From Octopus vulgaris (lineage: Eukaryota), in NCBI GenBank assembly GCA_951406725.2, contig OX597827.1, forward strand, positions 40,610,001 to 40,674,000: a DNA stretch of 64,000 nt, in the 5' to 3' direction. This document shows positions 57,833 through 64,000 of this stretch, in pieces. The number at the start of each line of letters is the position of its first letter. The stretch's first letter is position 1. A model generated the notes under the pieces. That model ran no database searches and was not told the DNA's origin. It saw only the letters and a program-made list of their open reading frames with translations. Made by a program: the position numbers and the translations under genes.

Positions 57833-57872
57833 CTCTCTCTTTCTTTCTCTCTTTCTTTCTTTCTCTCTTTCT

Positions 57873-57903
<31 letters not shown>

Positions 57904-57957
57904 CTTTCCTCTCTCTTTCTCTGTCTGTCTGTCTGTTTGTCTCTCTCTCTCTCTTTC

Positions 57958-58031
<74 letters not shown>

Positions 58032-58692
58032 CCCTTTCTCTTTATACTCTGCTTCCATCTCTTCCCCTGTCTTTCTCTCTCCTCTTCCCAACCTGTTTTC
58101 CCTCTCTATCCTCCCTCTCAGTACCACGTGACCTTCCCGTTTCTCCCTTCAACCTTCCTCTCCGTGCATGATCATTGACTTCTTCAGTCATGTTCTCCTG
58201 GGCTCTTGCCTTGGCATTTAACTTCAACCCGGTTGTCTTACTTTTCCACCTTTCGTTCTATCTTTCCTTGTATTTCTTCCATCCTTCCAACTTTCTTCCT
58301 ATCTCGCTCCTTTCCTTTTAAGTCCTTTCAAGGACATCATTTTCCATTAGCGCTACTTTTACACATGTCTTGTCTCAAAGCTGTCTCATAGCCGTAAGAC
58401 CTTTATTTCTATGTATATATTTCATAATAATCAACTACCTATGTCGTTTAATGTTATGTCTCGTGATATTCTGTCGTCGTTTATAGTTTGTTTCTGTCGC
58501 CGTCCTCTACGTTTGCTAATTTATTATCAGCTGGTTTTTGGTGTTGACGCCACCAAAATGAACAATCTTATCGTTAAAGGCGCAAAATTGTTGTGATTTT
58601 TGAGTGACAACTGGTGAGTGAAGAGCATGTCTACGTCTTATGAGCGATTTTTCGGCGTGCTTTTTTTTATCATCCTTCTATATAATTTTTAA

Positions 58693-58796
<104 letters not shown>

Positions 58797-58815
58797 GTTT
58801 GCCTGTCTGTCTGTA

Positions 58816-58880
<65 letters not shown>

Positions 58881-58905
58881 GTCTGTCTCTCTGTCTGTCT
58901 ATCTG

Positions 58906-58961
<56 letters not shown>

Positions 58962-59736
58962 CAAACATACATACACACACATACATATATACATATGTAC
59001 ATTGTGCATTTTTGTGTTTGTGCTGCCCCAAGAGCTTGACAACTGGTGTTGGTCTGTTTATGTCCCCATAAACTAGAAGTTCGGCACAACGGACCGATAG
59101 GATAAGTATTAGATTTTAAAACAAAAACAACACAATCGGCACTATGGCCGATTTGCTCGATTTAAAGCATTACAAGTCGGTACTCCAGCAAGGCTGCAGT
59201 TCAATGTCTGAAACAAGTAAAAGATAAAAAATAAAAGAGTCAACCGGAGCTTTCACGCGTTGATAGGAATATATCCGTTTTGTTTTGGACGTTTCGATTT
59301 TGCTACTCGTTATCTTGGGCAAGTGATGCCTATCACGCCAGGGCTAACGAAACCAATACTTGTGAGTGGAATTTGATAGACGGAAACTCTACTGAAAACC
59401 GCCTCCAGACAAATGTACTCACACACACATACATGTATATGAGGTATAGAACTAATAGTAAATTCGAAGTTCCGCCGTTTGCTGGGTTCGTTAGACGGTA
59501 TTTTTTCCTTTGAGTCAAAGTTTTATAAAGCAGTGGTTATCTTGTGAGTTGAAGAAGGAGAAGAAGAAGAAAAAGAAGAAGAAGAAGAAGAAGAAGAAGA
59601 AGAAGAAGAAGAAGAAGAAGAAGAAGAAGAAGAAGAAGAAGCAGCAGCTGACGATGATAATGATAATGATGATGATGATGATGACGACGACAGCAACAAC
59701 AACAACAACAATAATGATGATGATAATGATAATAAT

Positions 59737-61442
59737 ATGATCCCACATTCTTGGATTATGGAATGTATGAACCTGTTTGGTAGTGCATCGAATGTTGAGC
59801 GCTTGCTTGGAAAAAGTATGGCGAGTTGGAGGACGGATCTGACATACGGAAGAAGTTTAGGGACAGTAGAAATCAGGAGGGGCATCTTCCAAGGGAACTG
59901 CTTGTCCTCACTGATCTTTATACTGTGCTTGATACCACTAACACTGATTCTGAGGAAAGCAAAAGCTGGGTATGTATTCAAAAGCCGCCAATAAAAAGTC
60001 AACCATTTGTTATTCATGGATGACCTCAAACTTTATGGTAAAGATGAACCCAAGTCAGTTCCCTTGTTGATACGGTGTATATTTTTCAGTGCTGATATCA
60101 GAATGGAGTTTGGGCTGAGAAAGTGTGGTGTGTTAGCCTTGAAGAGAGGAAAAATCAAATGTATGGACAGGCTAACGATACCGTTGGGGGAGGTTATGAA
60201 GCAGATAGAAGAAGCGGGCTATAAGTACTTGGGGATTTTGGAAATGGATAAATTGACGTAGAAAGAAATGACAGAAAAATTTAAGGTGGAAGACATGCAC
60301 AGACTGAGACTGATCCTCAAGTCGAAATTGAACGGACGGAATAAGATTGAAGTTATCAACACCTGGGCGTTTTCTCTCCTTAGATATGGAGCAGGGTGTA
60401 ATCGCATGGACACGAACTAAACAGCTTAGACAGAAAGATAAGGAAGTTGCTAACTAGATAGGGACACTCCACCCAAAGAGTGACACAGACAGACTCTATG
60501 TACCAAACAAAAGAGGGGGAAGAGGACTTATTGGGTGCGAACACAGCATTAGAGTAGAAGTAAACAACATAGCATGGTATGTAAAAAATACCACAGAACC
60601 GTTATTATTAGAAGTAGGAAGGTCAGGCTTGTGTAGGATGAAAGATTGCAAAGATATCGAAGATAAGACAGTCAGAAAAAATAGATTGCTGTGAATGGCT
60701 AAAAGTGATATAAAACTGGAAACGGATGCTCTATTATGTGCTGCCTAAGAGCAATCACTAAGAACAAACTACATAAAATACAGAATAGACAACACATCGC
60801 AAAGTGATAAGTGCAGAATTTGTGGACAAAATGGTGAAGCCATATGGCACATCACCAGCCTATGTACGCCACTAGCCCAGAAGGAATATAAGAGATGCCA
60901 CGACAATATAGCCAGGCTTGTCCATTGGGCACTTTGCAACAAGTATGGACTTGACAGAAAAAAAATTGGTACAACAATAAACCCGAAGGCATCATCAAAA
61001 ATGATAATGCATTTATGATTCAGTGCGGCTATGAGATAGAGAATAGGAAGCCAGACATAGTCTTAATTGAGAAAGAAAACAAACTATTCGGGATCATAGA
61101 TATAGCATGCTCAGCTGACAACAAGGTATGCGATAAGAAAAAAACACAAGTCGATAGATATGACAGGTTAGCTTGGGATGTTAAGCAGTTGTGGTCGATG
61201 AAAAAGGTAGCAGTAGTACCAATTATTGTCAGAGCCTTGGGAACAGTGAGCAGAAATCTCGAGAAGTACGTGGAACAAATAGGGGCTGCAATAAGGGTGG
61301 AACACTTGCAGAAAACAGCACTGCTTGAAACCGCTCGAAAACTCCAGAAGGTGCTCGAAAAAATAAGGTGTTACCTTAGTTTACTGGTAGTGAATAGCTG
61401 ACACCGTAGTACATCTCCAGCGTTAAAAGCTGTGCAAAGGCA
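59737..61442 (+). mobile_element. 5'-truncated R4/Dong-clade non-LTR retrotransposon (RT, CCHC, RLE), disrupted
   Basis: IPHSWI, RGIFQGNCLS, LFMDDLKLY, YKYLGI, KCRICGQNGEAIWHITSLC, CHD, RKPDIVLIEK...IIDIAC; contains stops and frameshifts. Confidence 0.9.
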
Positions 61443-61805
61443 ATTTGGGGGATGGGGCTAGTCGATTACATCGACCCAATTTTCACTGGTACTTAATTTA
61501 TCGACCCCGAAAGGATGAAAAGCAAAGTCGACCTCGGCGGAATTTGAACTCAGAACGTAGCGACAGACGAAATACCTATTTCTTTATTACCCACAAGAGG
61601 CTAAACACAGAGAGGACAAACAAGGACAGACAAACGGATTAAGTCGATTATATCGACTCCAGTGCGTAACTGGTATTTAATTTATCGACCCCGAAAGGAT
61701 GAATGGCAGAGTCGACCTCGGCGGAATTTGAACTCAGAACGTAACGGCAGACGAAATACGGCTACACTTCGCCCGGCGTGCTAACGATTCTGCCAGCTCG
61801 CCGCT
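61443..61805 (-). mobile_element. SINE-A dimer (full type i copy plus headless type ii copy)
   Basis: Body repeated at 61465-61575 and 61643-61760. Confidence 0.85.
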
Positions 61806-61997
<192 letters not shown>

Positions 61998-62558
61998 AAA
62001 TGCAAAGTCGACCTCGGCGGAATTTGAACTCAAAACGCCAAGACATGAAATGCCGCTAAGCATTTTGCCCGGCGTGCTAACGATTCTGCATGTACTTGTG
62101 AGGGAAATTTGATAGACGGAAACTGTATTGAAAACCGCCACCCCACACATACACACACACGCATGCATGCATGCATACATACATACATACATACATACAT
62201 ACATACATACATACATACAAAAAAATAACGTTGAAGTTGGGTTCGAAGTGAAATTAATACTTGGATGGCTAAATATAGAATTAGAGCATAATAGGTTAAC
62301 AATAGTTACGAATTAAAGATAGTTTTGTCATTACACTTGAGGAGTGTTATTCTAAGTATTTAGCTGAAAGCATTGCATGATAATTTGTAAACAAAAGCGG
62401 AAGAGGATAAAATTTAAGCCTGTATTAAAAGATTGTGTTCTAGAAAAGATTAATCTCAGTGAAAATATTCTGTTCTTTTATTCAGCTATTGTAAATTGCG
62501 TATTGAGAGAAATGTTTATATATAAGCAAATCATCACACGCACGCACTCACACACGCG

Positions 62559-62648
<90 letters not shown>

Positions 62649-62650
62649 TT

Positions 62651-63594
62651 TGTTTTAGTGATGAGGCAACCTTTCATGTTTCACGGAAACTGAGCGAACA
62701 CAATATGAGAATGTGGGGATCAGAACCATCCCCCCCCCCCACGTAACTAGAGAAGTTCAGCGAGATAGTCCCAAAGCGAATGTCTGGTGTGGGATTATGT
62801 GCAATCGAATTATTGGTCCATTTTTCTTCAACGAGAGATCAATTACTGCAAATGTCTAGCTTGACCTTGTGATTGAATATGTGGCTCCACAACTCCAGGA
62901 CCTTCAACCGACCATCATCTTCCGGCAAGATGGTGCCCCACCACATTGGAGATTGTATGTTCGTGAAATAAGGCGTCGAGCTGGCAGAAACGTTAGCACG
63001 CCGGGCGAAATGTATAGCCGTATTATGTCAACCGTTACGTTCTGAGTTCAAATTCCGCCGAGGTCCACTTTGCCTGTCATCCTTTCGGGGTCGATAAATT
63101 AAGTACCAGTTACGCACTGGGGTCGATGTAATCGACTTAATCCTTTTGTCTGTCTTTGTTTGTCCCCTCTGTGTTTAGCCCCTTGTGGGTAGTAAAGAAA
63201 TAGATTGCATGTTCGTGAATTCCTTAATCAAATATTTCCAGACCGTTGGATTGGAAGGGGAGGACCAATTACGTGGCCACCACGTTAATCACGTTCTATG
63301 GGGCTATGTTAAAGATATCGTGTATCAAACAAAGATACGGGGTATTACTGAACTAAAATAACAGATTCGATCGCAAACATTGATAAGGCTATGTTACAGC
63401 GAACATGGCAAGAAATCGAGTACCGTTTTGATATGGATCGTGCGACTAATGGTGCCCATATAGAGGTGTATAAAAGGAAATAAAAAAAACTTTGAAAACC
63501 ACTGAGTACGATAGAATAAGTCTGATTAAGATATTTTATCAATTGCCTTTGTGATAAATTTTTTAAATTGTAAAAAGACTTTATGGACACCCCG
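62651..63594 (+). mobile_element. Tc1/mariner-superfamily transposase pseudogene interrupted by a SINE
   Basis: CFSDEATFHV...NVWCGIMCNRIIGPFFF...FRQDGAPPHW...FPDRWIGRGGPITWPPR...WGYVKDIVY; right TIR ...tttatggacaccccg|TA. Confidence 0.9.
62972..63203 (+). mobile_element. SINE-A (tail type i) with ~17-bp TSD
   Basis: Flanked by gattgtatgttcgtgaa / gattgcatgttcgtgaa. Confidence 0.92.
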
Positions 63595-63746
63595 TATGTA
63601 TGTATGTATGTATGTATGTATGTATGTATGTATGTATGTATGTATGTATGTATGTACATAGGGAGAATTCACAAAAAAAAAGACGAAGACAGGTGACGTA
63701 GACAACAAACAGATGTATTAGTAAAACGTTCGGGAAGTGAAAGAGT

Positions 63747-63782
63747 CTTTAACGTTTCGAGTCTACGCTCTTCCACAGAAAG
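63747..63782 (-). ncRNA. Minimal hammerhead-like motif in a PLE-type island (63661-63815)
   Basis: Reverse complement cttt-CTGTGGA-a-gag-cgtaga-ctc-GAAA-cg-TT-aaag. Confidence 0.55.
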
Positions 63783-63834
63783 GTACACAGAGAGAAACAA
63801 GGAGAGAAAATAAAGAGAGAGAGATAGAGATACA

Positions 63835-63876
<42 letters not shown>

Positions 63877-64000
63877 TATATATTGGCATATACTAGTTTT
63901 TACAATATTGGTTTTTTGAAACCAATAATTTAGAAACTTTGTTCTTACTAGCGAGAATTCTATGTTGTTGACCTCGAGAGAATCTTTTTGGATGGAAAAA

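Overview
AT-rich eukaryotic DNA saturated with microsatellites. The SINE repertoire resembles an octopus/cephalopod genome (recalled, not verified). No intact host gene can be supported: nearly all listed ORFs are translations of (TA)n, (CA)n, (TCTA)n, (TATG)n or trinucleotide repeats. The window is a transposon graveyard. It holds several tRNA-derived SINE families (local labels A-D); decayed LINEs (Tx1/L1, two CR1-group, one R4/Dong with a restriction-like endonuclease); Tc1/mariner, hAT, piggyBac-type and pogo-type elements; and a non-autonomous Helitron. The most interesting signal is about 13 type I hammerhead-ribozyme (HHR) motifs from about five sequence families, sitting in short islands within microsatellites, mostly (TA)n. 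One is linked to a Penelope-like GIY-YIG endonuclease remnant (33.6-34.9 kb). Two islands are long DNA palindromes with a hammerhead on each strand, and one of these has a U3-A8 covariant core. Also visible are two SINE/LINE shared 3' tails and a retroposon associated with (TCTA)n. Coordinates were counted by eye and may be a few bases off.
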